A DNA stretch of 33,071 nucleotides, from positions 1-33,071 of the forward strand of contig JAWXCN010000055.1 of NCBI GenBank assembly GCA_034408725.1. The letters are read 5' to 3'. Shown piece after piece: positions 18,879 to 28,118 of this stretch. Each line of letters opens with the position of its first letter. The stretch's first letter is position 1. A model generated the notes under the pieces. The model had not been told where the DNA came from and made no database searches. It saw only the letters and a program-made list of their open reading frames with translations. The position numbers were made by a program, and so were the translations under genes. The DNA is from Candidatus Hydrogenedentota bacterium (GTDB lineage Bacteria > Hydrogenedentota > Hydrogenedentia > Hydrogenedentales > SLHB01).

Positions 18879-19520
18879 ATGAAACGAGTGATAAAGCAGG
18901 ATAGGACACGGCGCATGTGCCACGCGGCAACTACGCTGGCATGTGCCGCATGGTTACTAATGGCGCCCGCGACGGCATTCGCGCAGAACGATGCGCCGGC
19001 GCCACCCGAAGAACACTTCGCCGCGCCGCCTTCTTCTGCAACGCCCTCGGATGATGGGATTGCGCCACCGCCTCCACCGCCTCCTCCTCTTCCGCCTTCC
19101 CGTGACGACAGCAACAATCCGCCGCAGCCGCCGGCGCGACCGCAACGTTTCGAGCGGGGTGATCGACCTCATCCAAACTATCCATCCGATGCTCCCCGCC
19201 ATCACGACGACGTTCACGCGCCACATGGGGACGACGCCGAGTTTCCGCCCATGTCCCCGGACGGTGAGAAAGGTGACGGCCCGCGGCGCCATGGATTAGG
19301 TGGACCCGGCATGCCACCACCACCGCCGGAATTTGAAGACTTCGACACGAACGGCGATGGCAGCATCTCCCGCGCGGAATTCGACGACATGCTCGCCCGG
19401 CGTCCACACCGTCCAATGCATGATAGACGTCCAGATCGGGAACGTCCGGGCGGGAAAATAGACCAGCACGGGCACGAAGGCGATATGCCGCGGCGCCCAG
19501 TTTCGCCTGACCGTCCGTAG
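18879..19520 (+). CDS. Secreted Pro/His/Asp-rich protein with an EF-hand
   Basis: GGAGG RBS, signal peptide ending ATAFA-Q, polyproline tracts and a canonical EF-hand loop DTNGDGSISRAE. Confidence 0.82.
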   Translation: MKRVIKQDRTRRMCHAATTLACAAWLLMAPATAFAQNDAPAPPEEHFAAPPSSATPSDDGIAPPPPPPPPLPPSRDDSNNPPQPPARPQRFERGDRPHPNYPSDAPRHHDDVHAPHGDDAEFPPMSPDGEKGDGPRRHGLGGPGMPPPPPEFEDFDTNGDGSISRAEFDDMLARRPHRPMHDRRPDRERPGGKIDQHGHEGDMPRRPVSPDRP

Positions 19521-19578
19521 CAGCGGCGCGACGTCCCGCCTTGTGAGATTCTGTGCGGGGCGGGACGTCCCCAGCTAC
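19517..19578. repeat. GTAG...CTAC-bounded inverted repeat (REP doublet-like / bidirectional terminator) between convergent genes
   Basis: GACGTCCCGCC (19530-19540) pairs with GGCGGGACGTC (19559-19569). The GTAGC and GCTAC ends contain the stop codons of both flanking genes. Confidence 0.65.
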
Positions 19579-19958
19579 GATAGATACTCGTTCAGAAGTG
19601 ACTCGATGCGCGAACGGTGGTCGCCCTGAATCTCGACAGTGTTCTCACGTGCCACGCCGCCCGCCCCGCAACGTTTCTTGAGGAGGTTGAGCAATGACTC
19701 GGCATCACCACTCACATTGCCAATGATGGTGACCACTTTCCCGCCGGGACGTTTTTCGATCGAGAGCGGCATGCCACCCTTGCGCGTCTTCTGTATCGAG
19801 AATGGTGCGGATGATTTCGGACGCACGATCTCCGCGATGGGTTTGGGTGGTTCCGGTGCGGTGTCCGGCAGCTCGGGCTTCAACGCCGCGAGCGCACCGA
19901 AAGGGTTCGACGTAAGACCTTGCTCGTCACCGGACTTGTCTGGGCGATGAGGTTTCAT
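19575..19958 (-). CDS. yciH: Translation initiation factor SUI1/eIF1 family
   Basis: NPFGALAAL, EKRPGGKVVTII, LKKRCGAGG and VEIQGDHR. Confidence 0.88.
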   Translation of the reverse strand: MKPHRPDKSGDEQGLTSNPFGALAALKPELPDTAPEPPKPIAEIVRPKSSAPFSIQKTRKGGMPLSIEKRPGGKVVTIIGNVSGDAESLLNLLKKRCGAGGVARENTVEIQGDHRSRIESLLNEYLS

Positions 19959-19999
19959 CGTGTTTTGGCGTACGGCGGCATCCACGCAGTCGTGAATAC

Positions 20000-20038
20000 A
20001 AATGAAACACGCCGCACGTGGATATCGCGTGCGGCGTG
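20000..20038 (-). terminator. Intrinsic terminator ending the small-peptide operon
   Basis: 11-bp stem CACGCCGCACG / CGTGCGGCGTG (20008-20018, 20028-20038), followed on the minus strand by TTTCATTT. Confidence 0.75.
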
Positions 20039-20061
20039 CTTATGCCTTTATGCCGCGCGGG

Positions 20062-20175
20062 TTATGTCCACCAACGCGCGAACATGTCAATAAATGCGAA
20101 TTCCGCCGGAATAAGTCCGCGGAATACGAAGCTCGAAAATGCGGTCCCTTGAAGCAGAATGTAAATCAAAAGCAT
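20062..20175 (-). CDS. 37-aa hydrophobic peptide (not in the ORF track)
   Basis: AAGAGGGG RBS, then MLLIYILLQGTAFSSFVFRGLIPAEFAFIDMFARWWT*. It fills the gap between the upstream ORF and the terminator. Confidence 0.6.
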   Translation of the reverse strand: MLLIYILLQGTAFSSFVFRGLIPAEFAFIDMFARWWT

Positions 20176-20202
20176 GGTTCGGATTCCCCTCTTAATTAGT
20201 CT

Positions 20203-20472
20203 TTAGCGAGTGCCGTCGCCATCACCGTCGCCGTCACCATCTCCGTCGCCACCCGTGCCGTCACCGTCTCCACCACCGCCGCCACCGCCGCCGAAAAATC
20301 CCTTGTAGGGAATGCCGTCGCCCACGTCGAATACGAAATTGTTGACCTCGCCAAAGAAGCGGTAAAAATTCGACGCGTAAACAAGCAGCGTTTCGTACTT
20401 CAGTTGCTGCACGGTTTGGGCAACCGCCGGTTCGCGTGTAATCTTCCTCAAATGCACTTTCGATTCTTGCAT
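20203..20472 (-). CDS. 89-aa small protein: basic leader, Phe-rich core, Gly/Asp repeat tail
   Basis: AGGAAGG RBS, RKITREPAVAQT leader and tail G8-DGDGTGGDGDGDGDGDGDGTR. Confidence 0.75.
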   Translation of the reverse strand: MQESKVHLRKITREPAVAQTVQQLKYETLLVYASNFYRFFGEVNNFVFDVGDGIPYKGFFGGGGGGGGDGDGTGGDGDGDGDGDGDGTR

Positions 20473-20527
20473 GTTAGCCTTCCTGTAAAAAGTTGCGGTC
20501 GAACGACGCGAAGAATTGGTTGCTCAT

Positions 20528-20725
20528 CTATGCTTCTTCTTCATCATCCGGGAAAATGACTTCGAAAAATGTGCCCAACGAAAGGGAGTTGAAAAACAGC
20601 GAGCCAAATATAACGGCTGAATTCTGGGTTACCATGCTCGAAAGTTCCTGCTTGAAAAATAACTTCGATGCATAGGCGGACTGCGCCTTGGCCGGGCGCC
20701 GCGAAATTGCCTTCGTATGCTTCAT
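20528..20725 (-). CDS. 65-aa small protein: basic leader, Phe-rich core, acidic tail
   Basis: GGAGG RBS before ATG 20725. Sequence MKHTKAISRRPAKAQS...FFEVIFPDDEEEA. Confidence 0.72.
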   Translation of the reverse strand: MKHTKAISRRPAKAQSAYASKLFFKQELSSMVTQNSAVIFGSLFFNSLSLGTFFEVIFPDDEEEA

Positions 20726-20937
20726 CCCCGTGATTCCTCCCAGTTGGCTCGCTCGAGCCGTTGCTCGTGTTTGTGCTTGGGCTCCCCGGTAATCGGGATG
20801 CGCGCACACCACAACGTCGTCAACCAATTAATCTATCCCGCGCACTGAACGCCAGCGCCGGGAATTCGTTTTTCAGGCCCCTTAAAACGCTGTCCAATCC
20901 GAACTTTCATGCTCCATTACAATCCGGTTGGCCCTTT

Positions 20938-20968
20938 ACTATACACCCTGAACCATGATTTGTGTCAA
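20938..20968 (-). promoter_or_regulatory. Candidate sigma70 promoter for the peptide operon (TTGACA-N19-TATAGT)
   Basis: Perfect -35 and 5/6 -10, but a long 19-nt spacer. Confidence 0.4.
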
Positions 20969-21011
20969 CCGTACAATTATCGGATTGCGCATTTGAAAAT
21001 TTTGGCCCCTT

Positions 21012-22655
21012 TCACAACTGCGGACCAGCCACCTCCGCCAGCCGTTTCCCTTCCGGTGTCATGTCAAACCGTTTGAAATTGGTGATGAACATTTCGGCCA
21101 GCTTCCGCGCCATTCCATCGTATTCGCCTTTGTCGCGCCAGTTCTCGCGCGGGTTCAGGATATGCCCGTCCACGTGCCGCACCGCTCGGGGGATTTGCAA
21201 GCCAAACAGCGGCATCTCATCGTACCCCGCTTCGGAAAGAGAGCCGTCCAATATCGCATCAATGATATGCCGCGTGTCAGCCAACTCAATTCGGTGTCCC
21301 GCCCCGTAACCACCCTTGATCCACCCCGTATTCACCAGATAGGCCTCAGCATGGTGCTCCCGCATCTTCGTACCGAGTATCGTCGCGTAGTCGGTTGGAT
21401 GGACAGCCAGGAAAGCCGCGCCGTAACACGTCGAGAAAGTCGCCTTCGGTTCCGTTACGCCAAGTTCCGTGCCTGCCACTTTCGCCGTATACCCGCTAAG
21501 ATACTGGTACATCGCTTGATCCGGAGTAAGTTTGGCTACCGGAGGCAGCACGCCAAATGCGTCGCACGCCAAAAATATGATGCGGTTCGGGTGCCCCCCG
21601 CGCGACACCGGCTTGACGATATTCGGAATATGATAAATGGGATACGATACCCGCCCATTCTCCGTCTTGCTGATATCTTCAAAATCCACGCTGCCGTCGT
21701 CCCGCACTTTCACGTTTTCGAGCAAAGCGTCTCGCCTGATCGCACGGTAAATGTCCGGCTCGTTTTTTTCGGACAGGTGAATGGTCTTGGCGTAGCAACC
21801 ACCTTCAAAATTAAACACGCCGTTCTCATCCCATCCATGTTCATCGTCGCCGATCAGCAGTCGATTCGGATCCGCGGACAACGTAGTCTTCCCCGTCCCC
21901 GATAAACCAAAAAACAGCGCCGTGTCGCCCTTCTTCCCCATATTCGCGGAACAATGAAAAGCCCCGATCCCCCGCAGCGGCAGAAAGTAATTCATGATGG
22001 TGAAGATGCCCTTTTTCATCTCCCCGCCGTACCACGTCCCGCCAATCACCGTAAGCCGTTCCTGAATGTTGAATGAAACAAACACCTCCGAATGCAGCCC
22101 CCACTTCTCCGCGTCCGGGCACGAAGTCTTGCTCGCGTTGAGAATCGTCCAATCCGGTTTGAACGCCGCAAGCTCTTCCTCAGACGGACGGATGAACATG
22201 TTCTTGCAAAAATGCGCCTGCCACGCCACCTCCGCGATGATCCGCACCGACAACCGCGTATCGGGATTCGCGCCGCAAAACCCGTCTATGACGTACAGGC
22301 GTTTACCGTTCAGTTGTTCAACCGCTATTTCTTTGAGATGCGCCCACGTCTTCTCGGTCATCGGCGCGTTATTGGACCCGGGATGATCGGGCGTCGCCCA
22401 CCACACCGTATCGCGGCTAGACGCCTCCTCGACGATGTATTTGTCCAGCGGAGATCGGCCGGTGAATCGGCCCGTATCCACGGCGACCGCCCCAAAACTC
22501 GTCACCACACCGGCTTCATGCCCTTCGAGATTCGGGTCGGTTTCATGCTCAAACAACACGTCATACGAAGGATTGTGAAAAAGTTCGCTCCACTCTGTTA
22601 TACCAACCGTCCGTAAGTCCGGTGCGACACGCAACGGCAGTCCTCCAGAGTCCAT
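21012..22655 (-). CDS. pckA: Phosphoenolpyruvate carboxykinase (ATP)
   Basis: [42 protein letters not shown] and [17 protein letters not shown] before ATG 22655. Confidence 0.97.
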   Translation of the reverse strand: MDSGGLPLRVAPDLRTVGITEWSELFHNPSYDVLFEHETDPNLEGHEAGVVTSFGAVAVDTGRFTGRSPLDKYIVEEASSRDTVWWATPDHPGSNNAPMTEKTWAHLKEIAVEQLNGKRLYVIDGFCGANPDTRLSVRIIAEVAWQAHFCKNMFIRPSEEELAAFKPDWTILNASKTSCPDAEKWGLHSEVFVSFNIQERLTVIGGTWYGGEMKKGIFTIMNYFLPLRGIGAFHCSANMGKKGDTALFFGLSGTGKTTLSADPNRLLIGDDEHGWDENGVFNFEGGCYAKTIHLSEKNEPDIYRAIRRDALLENVKVRDDGSVDFEDISKTENGRVSYPIYHIPNIVKPVSRGGHPNRIIFLACDAFGVLPPVAKLTPDQAMYQYLSGYTAKVAGTELGVTEPKATFSTCYGAAFLAVHPTDYATILGTKMREHHAEAYLVNTGWIKGGYGAGHRIELADTRHIIDAILDGSLSEAGYDEMPLFGLQIPRAVRHVDGHILNPRENWRDKGEYDGMARKLAEMFITNFKRFDMTPEGKRLAEVAGPQL

Positions 22656-22786
22656 GCAATTTTCTCCTTTTCCGATTTCCACCTGCGGATTGTAACAAAT
22701 ACAGTGTTGCTTTACCGCCAAACTCTTGATAGCATTCGACACCGGATTCCCCGCATACAGCGCAAGTTGCGCATCCAAGGAGCATT

Positions 22787-23398
22787 ATGGCCGACTTGAA
22801 GAATCACGTTTTCACCAGCGGAGAAGTCGCGCAAATCTGCGGCGTCTCCCCCGATACGGTGTCGCGATGGTTTGACATGGGGCAAATCGACGGTTATCGG
22901 CTCGGACCCGGAGGCGACCGCCGCATTCCCTATGAAAGCCTGCGGCAGTTCATGCTTAACCACGGCATTCCACTGGACCGCCTCGAAGAAGGCGAACGCA
23001 GGGTCTTGGTTGTTGACGACGACCCCTACTACCTCGACGTAATTCCCGCCGCGCTCACCAAAGTAAGCGATTACCAGGTGTACGTTGCATCAACCGGTTT
23101 CGACTGCGGCGCACTCGTGGCCGAACATAACCCGCATTTGATCATTCTCGATATCCACCTCTCCGACATGGACGGCCGCATGGTATGCGAACGGGTAAAA
23201 TCTCGGCCAGAAACCAAGAACACGCGCATCCTCGCCATCTCCGGCTACATCGACGACGACGAAGCCAAAATGCTCTCCGAATACGGGTTCGACGATTATT
23301 TGAAAAAACCGTTTAGCCTCGTAGATTTGAACGAACACGTGTCAAAGTTGTTGGCCCTACCGGCATCAAAGATAGCCCGCCCAAAACAACAGGCCTAA
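22787..23398 (+). CDS. Response regulator with N-terminal excisionase/MerR-like HTH and C-terminal REC domain
   Basis: FTSGEVAQICGVSPDTVSRWFD...GGDRRI, then VLVVDDD, IILDIHLSDMDG and YLKKPF. AAGGAG RBS. Confidence 0.92.
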   Translation: MADLKNHVFTSGEVAQICGVSPDTVSRWFDMGQIDGYRLGPGGDRRIPYESLRQFMLNHGIPLDRLEEGERRVLVVDDDPYYLDVIPAALTKVSDYQVYVASTGFDCGALVAEHNPHLIILDIHLSDMDGRMVCERVKSRPETKNTRILAISGYIDDDEAKMLSEYGFDDYLKKPFSLVDLNEHVSKLLALPASKIARPKQQA

Positions 23399-23526
23399 TG
23401 AAGCACCGAATTCCGAAAAAACAAGCGGCAGGAAATGGCAGTCGTTGACTGAGGTGAGCTACATTAATAGTGCGCTAGAAGTCGTCAGAATTCGCTGTTC
23501 GCATCACACACCCAGTGATAGTTGAA

Positions 23527-25404
23527 CTATTTCGAAAGTGTGCGCGGTTTGATGCCGTGTCGAGCAAGCTTGTAGTAAAGTGCGCTACGTGACATCCCCA
23601 GGGCACGCGCCACCTCCAGCACATTGTTGTCGTGATGGCTCAGCATTTGGAGTAGATGTTGGCGCTCGAGTTCGTCGAGCGAAACCAGTACCGTTGGGTT
23701 CCCACTGTACGTCGCGTGGTTGTCTATCTGAATATCATCACTGGCAACCAACGTGGTACGCGCCAGGTAGGATGCGCGCTCGATCACATTGCGTAGCTCC
23801 CGTGAATTCCCCGGCCAGTCATATAGTCGAAGTTTATCGATCGCGTCTTGTGTAAATCCTTTTGGGTGATTTGGGGCATGCGGAGCCGCCAAGCTCAAGA
23901 AATAGCCAGCTAGTTCGAGAATGTCTTCTTTTCGTTCTCGAAGAGGCTTAATCCGGATTAGTATGCCGGCCAAGCGATGATACAGGTCTGCTCGAAAGTA
24001 CGTGTTGCTTGTGTCCGGTAGCGGCCTGTTCGTTGCGCAGACAACGCGCACGTCCACTTGCAATTCTTTTTCAGAGCCGACTGGCCGGAAGGCGCCAGTC
24101 TCCACCGCACGAAGCAATCGCGCCTGATTCGGAAGAGAAAGCTCCGTGACTTCGTCAAGAAAAAGCGTACCACCTTGCGCCTGTTCGAATAACCCCTTTT
24201 GCCTGCGAATCGCGCCAGTAAACGCTCCGCGTTCGTGACCGAACACCTCGCTCTCGAACAATTCGGTCGAAATTGCCGCGCAGTTTACAACGACGTAGGG
24301 CCCGGCAGCGCGCGCGCTCAGATCGTGCAGTGCGCGCGCGGCCAATTCTTTTCCAACGCCCGTCTCTCCCTGGAGCATCACGTTTACGCGCGCGATCGCG
24401 GCACTACGAAGTTCTGCTTTTAACCCTTCCATTGCAACGCTGCTGCCGAGCATTTGCATAGGCTTTGCTTGCCATCGTGAAACAGTTTCTGCATCCCGGC
24501 GCAACTGTTCCAGCAGTTCCGCGCCGCGCATTAACGGAGCGCAACTCTCGGATACGATCGCCAAATATTGCAGGTCGAATTCGTTAAATTCTTCAACATT
24601 GGGGCCTCTCTGCGCGACGATTGCCCCGAAAGGCCCGCCCCCGTGCATCAGCGGCGCGCAGATTAAGGATTTCACGCTCGCTTCACCTGGCACCGACAAT
24701 ATCATGCCTGTACCGCTAGCGCAGCACTCCTCCATGATCTCGAATGGCGCGCGTTGTGTTTCTTCCGGCGACTCGGGCGGCAAAAGCACCATGTTTTCAC
24801 GCACATCGCGGCGCCAACCGATCCAAAGTTTTTCCGATTTCAATCGCTTGGCTACGTAATCCTTCAGACGCTGGACCAACACTTCAACTGATTCCGCCTG
24901 CCCCAGCGATCGCAGGAGGCCGAGCAATCCGTGCACGCGGCTCGCCAAACGGGGGTCCTGCAAATACGCGTCCGCATCGAATTCGGCGCGAAGTGCAATC
25001 GCGTCTGCAAACGATCGCGTTGTACGGAACTCCGCGGTGTCACTCTCGGAAGGCGCCGCCGGACTAGACGTATAATCCACGATCAACAACGAATTCGCGA
25101 ACGAAATCGTGTCGCCCGGCGACAAGGTCGCCTCGTCACTGGCGCGATCGTTGACGCACGTTGGATTGTGCTGCCCCATGCTCCGCAACCGCAGGACACC
25201 GTCTTCGTTCGCGATCTCGCACTGCACGCGAGATACATGAGGATCGTCAATGCGCACGTGACAGCCGATCCCCCGTCCGATCGCCGTCACCGGCTCCGTC
25301 AAGCCCCACGTCTTCCCCACGGCGTCCCCCGCAACCATGCGAAGGCAAAATCGATCCGCTGGCGGATTGATTGGCGAGGTACTACGTTGTGGCGTCTCAC
25401 TCAC
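23527..25404 (-). CDS. Sigma54-dependent enhancer-binding protein, FHA-GAF-AAA+-Fis HTH
   Basis: FHA (IGRG...VSRVQC...NPTCVN), GAF (SLICAPL...FGAI), GETGVGKE, intact GAFTGA, LFLDEV, WPGNSREL and HTH ARALGMSRSALYYKL. Confidence 0.95.
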   Translation of the reverse strand: MSETPQRSTSPINPPADRFCLRMVAGDAVGKTWGLTEPVTAIGRGIGCHVRIDDPHVSRVQCEIANEDGVLRLRSMGQHNPTCVNDRASDEATLSPGDTISFANSLLIVDYTSSPAAPSESDTAEFRTTRSFADAIALRAEFDADAYLQDPRLASRVHGLLGLLRSLGQAESVEVLVQRLKDYVAKRLKSEKLWIGWRRDVRENMVLLPPESPEETQRAPFEIMEECCASGTGMILSVPGEASVKSLICAPLMHGGGPFGAIVAQRGPNVEEFNEFDLQYLAIVSESCAPLMRGAELLEQLRRDAETVSRWQAKPMQMLGSSVAMEGLKAELRSAAIARVNVMLQGETGVGKELAARALHDLSARAAGPYVVVNCAAISTELFESEVFGHERGAFTGAIRRQKGLFEQAQGGTLFLDEVTELSLPNQARLLRAVETGAFRPVGSEKELQVDVRVVCATNRPLPDTSNTYFRADLYHRLAGILIRIKPLRERKEDILELAGYFLSLAAPHAPNHPKGFTQDAIDKLRLYDWPGNSRELRNVIERASYLARTTLVASDDIQIDNHATYSGNPTVLVSLDELERQHLLQMLSHHDNNVLEVARALGMSRSALYYKLARHGIKPRTLSK

Positions 25405-27827
25405 GTTCCATCGTCCTGACGTAGTCTAAATGTATGAACGCGAGTCGGCTCGACTCCCTGTAATTCAATGCCTTCCAATTCCGGGCCGGGTAATAAGGCA
25501 CAGAGTGTTTCGCCCGCATCAGGAGTTTTGGCCAGGAAGAACGCGCGATTGTCGTGAGTCCATTGGAGGTGATGCGGCTCAGAGCCCAGTGGACCGGGGA
25601 AAAGATCGATCACGAGACGTGCTTGCCATTTCCCATCTACGAGTCGCGCCGACCACAATTCTTCTCCGTGCACGCCATCATTGGCAGTGAAAAGAATGTA
25701 GGATCGGCCCGCAACCAGGTTATACGGCTCACTCGAATCGGACCCTGGCATTACATCGGCCACAAGCATCGTGCCTTGAATAGTCCCGTCCGTCACCCAC
25801 AACTCACGCCCGTGCATGTCGTCTTTGGCGCGGAAAAAAATATGGTCGGCGGCCAAAACGAATCCATAGGGATCGCTGTCACCCGCTCCAGGATTAATGT
25901 CAAAGATTTGACTCGTGTCCACAGGATTGCCGAGCGCGATCCAAAGTTCTGCTCCCGCTTCGGGTGTTCGCGCCTTAAAAAAGGCACGACCGCCGATGCT
26001 GAAGAATTCGGAAGGATGGGACGAATGAGGGCCGGGCCAAATGTCGTGTAGCAGCCCAAATTCCTGAGAACCCTCATCAAAGTTCCACAACTCATATCCC
26101 TCAGCATCGCTGGAATTGGCAAACAATAAGTGCCGCAGAACTTGTGTCATACTTGCGGCATGCTCTCCAACATCGGCAATTTCCCGCAGGCTCCCGTCCG
26201 AATAACTGTAGAAATACAACGTAGCTCCGCGCGAAACATCTTTTTGCAGAACGAAATAGACACCGTCAGCGGTCTTGTAGCCTCCCCGGGACCCGGCAGC
26301 GCTTTCCACACCCCGGTACGTATCTGCGACCATCACGGTTTGATCTGCGTCTATACCATTCGTACGCCAAAGCTCTCGTCCGACGCTGACGTTCGTTGCG
26401 AAAAACAGGACCGTCTCGCCGTCGGACGCAACCGCTTCGGGATTGCTGCCTATAGGACCTTGTACGATGTCTTTAATTATTCGCGCGTTATTCGATTTCG
26501 AGTCTGAGCCGTCGCAAAAGTACAATTCTGCACCCGCCTCCGTTGAATCAGCCGTGAAAACGAAGCCGCCACTCTCGCGAACAAGGAAGTGGCGAGGATT
26601 GCTCGAAACCGACCCGGGAGCAATGTCGGCTGCCAACTTACACGTATTGTCGGCACCGATTTCGCTGCACCAAAGTTCATTTCCATGAATACCGTCATCT
26701 GCCCCGAAGTAGGCCGTATTTTCCACCACCAACAAGTTGCTTGCCTTCGGATCCTGAGTCACAAAAACTGGGGCCGTTGGCTGCGCGTCTCTTCCGGGAA
26801 AAATCAGATATCCCGCTATCGCCGCGCAAATGAGGAATGCACCAAACAACGATGCCAACAACGCAAGGCGTCGTCGCCGAGGTGTAACGACGTCTGAACG
26901 TTCGGCATCTACGCGCGGTGCCGGCTCAAGTTCAACATAATTCCTAATTGAAAGGGTGTCCAGCGCGCATCCCTCTAATTCAGGTGTTTCGCAGAGCGTT
27001 GCCAGCGCGGCACGTGCGCTCGCCGGCCTCGCCAAAGGATCGTGTGCGAGCATGAATGCGACAAGATCGGACAACGCGTCCGATGTATCCGGTACAACCG
27101 TCTTCAGCGGCGGAGGATTCGTCGTGAGGATCGCTTTCATCAGCGCGGCGAGTGTCGGGCTTCGAAACGGCGGGACGCCCGCAATCGCCTCGTAGATCAA
27201 CGCTCCCGCCGCGTACAAATCCCACTGCGGCGTAATCGCGCCGCCTTCCCACGCCTCCGGTGGACAGTATTGCGGCGTTCCCCACATCGGACTTGTTATC
27301 GGAGCGGAGGTCGACTCCGACGAAGGACCGAGCGCGCCACTATCGTACAGCGCGCGCGCAATCCCAAAGTCGGTGAGCATCACGTGCCCATTGCGCGTGA
27401 CCAGCAGATTGCCCGGCTTCAGATCGCAGTGAATGACCCCTTGCTCATGACACGCGATCAGCGCCTCAAGCACTTGGCGCAACAGGTCGGCCGCGTCGCG
27501 CGGCGAGATGGGCCCGGAACGCAGCAGCACATTCAGCGGCGTGCCGTCGATGTACTGCATCTCGATGGCCAAGCGCCCGTCATGCGTATCCACGCGGTAC
27601 ACCCGCACGACATTTGGGTGCTCGATGCGCGCCGCACGTTTCGCTTCCTTCTCGAACCGCTCCGAAATCGCGGGGTCCGCCAACAAATGCGGGTGCACCA
27701 TTTTCAGCGCGACGCGTCGCTCCAACCGCGTGTCCCACGCCTCGTGGACGACCCCCATTCCGCCGCTTCCCAAGACACGGTCTAAGCGATAGGGCCCACT
27801 TTTTCCAAGGTTACGCTCATTACTCAT
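25401..27827 (-). CDS. Membrane Hanks-type Ser/Thr kinase with extracytoplasmic ELWxxDGT-repeat beta-propeller
   Basis: LGSGGMGVV, VALK, HCDLKPGN, DFG and GTPQYCPPE; TM after RRRR; about 8-9 repeats (GNELWCSE, GRELWRTNG, GRELWVTDGT, etc.). GTGA overlap with the activator gene. Start 27827 or 27866. Confidence 0.93.
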   Translation of the reverse strand: MSNERNLGKSGPYRLDRVLGSGGMGVVHEAWDTRLERRVALKMVHPHLLADPAISERFEKEAKRAARIEHPNVVRVYRVDTHDGRLAIEMQYIDGTPLNVLLRSGPISPRDAADLLRQVLEALIACHEQGVIHCDLKPGNLLVTRNGHVMLTDFGIARALYDSGALGPSSESTSAPITSPMWGTPQYCPPEAWEGGAITPQWDLYAAGALIYEAIAGVPPFRSPTLAALMKAILTTNPPPLKTVVPDTSDALSDLVAFMLAHDPLARPASARAALATLCETPELEGCALDTLSIRNYVELEPAPRVDAERSDVVTPRRRRLALLASLFGAFLICAAIAGYLIFPGRDAQPTAPVFVTQDPKASNLLVVENTAYFGADDGIHGNELWCSEIGADNTCKLAADIAPGSVSSNPRHFLVRESGGFVFTADSTEAGAELYFCDGSDSKSNNARIIKDIVQGPIGSNPEAVASDGETVLFFATNVSVGRELWRTNGIDADQTVMVADTYRGVESAAGSRGGYKTADGVYFVLQKDVSRGATLYFYSYSDGSLREIADVGEHAASMTQVLRHLLFANSSDAEGYELWNFDEGSQEFGLLHDIWPGPHSSHPSEFFSIGGRAFFKARTPEAGAELWIALGNPVDTSQIFDINPGAGDSDPYGFVLAADHIFFRAKDDMHGRELWVTDGTIQGTMLVADVMPGSDSSEPYNLVAGRSYILFTANDGVHGEELWSARLVDGKWQARLVIDLFPGPLGSEPHHLQWTHDNRAFFLAKTPDAGETLCALLPGPELEGIELQGVEPTRVHTFRLRQDDGT

Positions 27828-27839
27828 GACGCATATTCT

Positions 27840-27876
27840 ATCCAATTTCCAGGACTTTATGTCCAAAAATCTGGAT
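27840..27876. promoter_or_regulatory. Paired candidate upstream activator sites TCCA-N6-[A/T]GGA, 21 bp apart
   Basis: TCCAatttccAGGA (27841-27854) and TCCAaaaatcTGGA (27862-27875), about 100-130 bp upstream of the -24 box. Confidence 0.6.
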
Positions 27877-27927
27877 TATCATCAGCCCCGTCCTAACCAA
27901 TCTTTATTTATACCTATCATTAAATCT

Positions 27928-27936
27928 AGCATACCA
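27928..27936 (-). promoter_or_regulatory. Extended -10 element (TGgTATGCT) for the kinase-activator operon
   Basis: Minus strand reads tgTGGTATGCT, about 100 nt upstream of the kinase start. Confidence 0.45.
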
Positions 27937-27970
27937 CAAAGGTTACAGGTCTTTCTACTGAGATTAACTC

Positions 27971-27987
27971 TTGGCATATATCTTGCT
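27971..27987 (+). promoter_or_regulatory. Sigma54 (-24/-12) promoter TTGGCATATATCTTGCT
   Basis: GG (27973-74) and GC (27985-86) are exactly 10 nt apart, in a TGGCA...TTGCT context, oriented toward the large surface-protein gene. Confidence 0.82.
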
Positions 27988-28118
27988 TTAAGATTCTCCG
28001 CCAAGGGGTTTCGTGCGGACAGACTCAACTTCTTTTTTAGCGATTGACAATTGTCGCGGAATCGTAATCCGTTCTCAGCTAACGGACTAGTGTAACGGGA
28101 TGAATGGAGGTTCATAAG

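Noticed and set aside
20196-20384. Alternate-frame 62-aa ORF with VTATVM repeats
   Set aside because: Frame-shifted reading of the Gly-Asp repeat. The 89-aa frame has the RBS and the shared leader motif.
22787-22970. Excisionase-like HTH as evidence of a prophage or ICE
   Set aside because: It is fused to a REC domain, a common regulator architecture, and no integrase or phage genes are nearby.
28046-28055. 10-bp palindrome GACAATTGTC overlapping a TTGACA
   Set aside because: Short enough to arise by chance, and no well-matched -10 at proper spacing.
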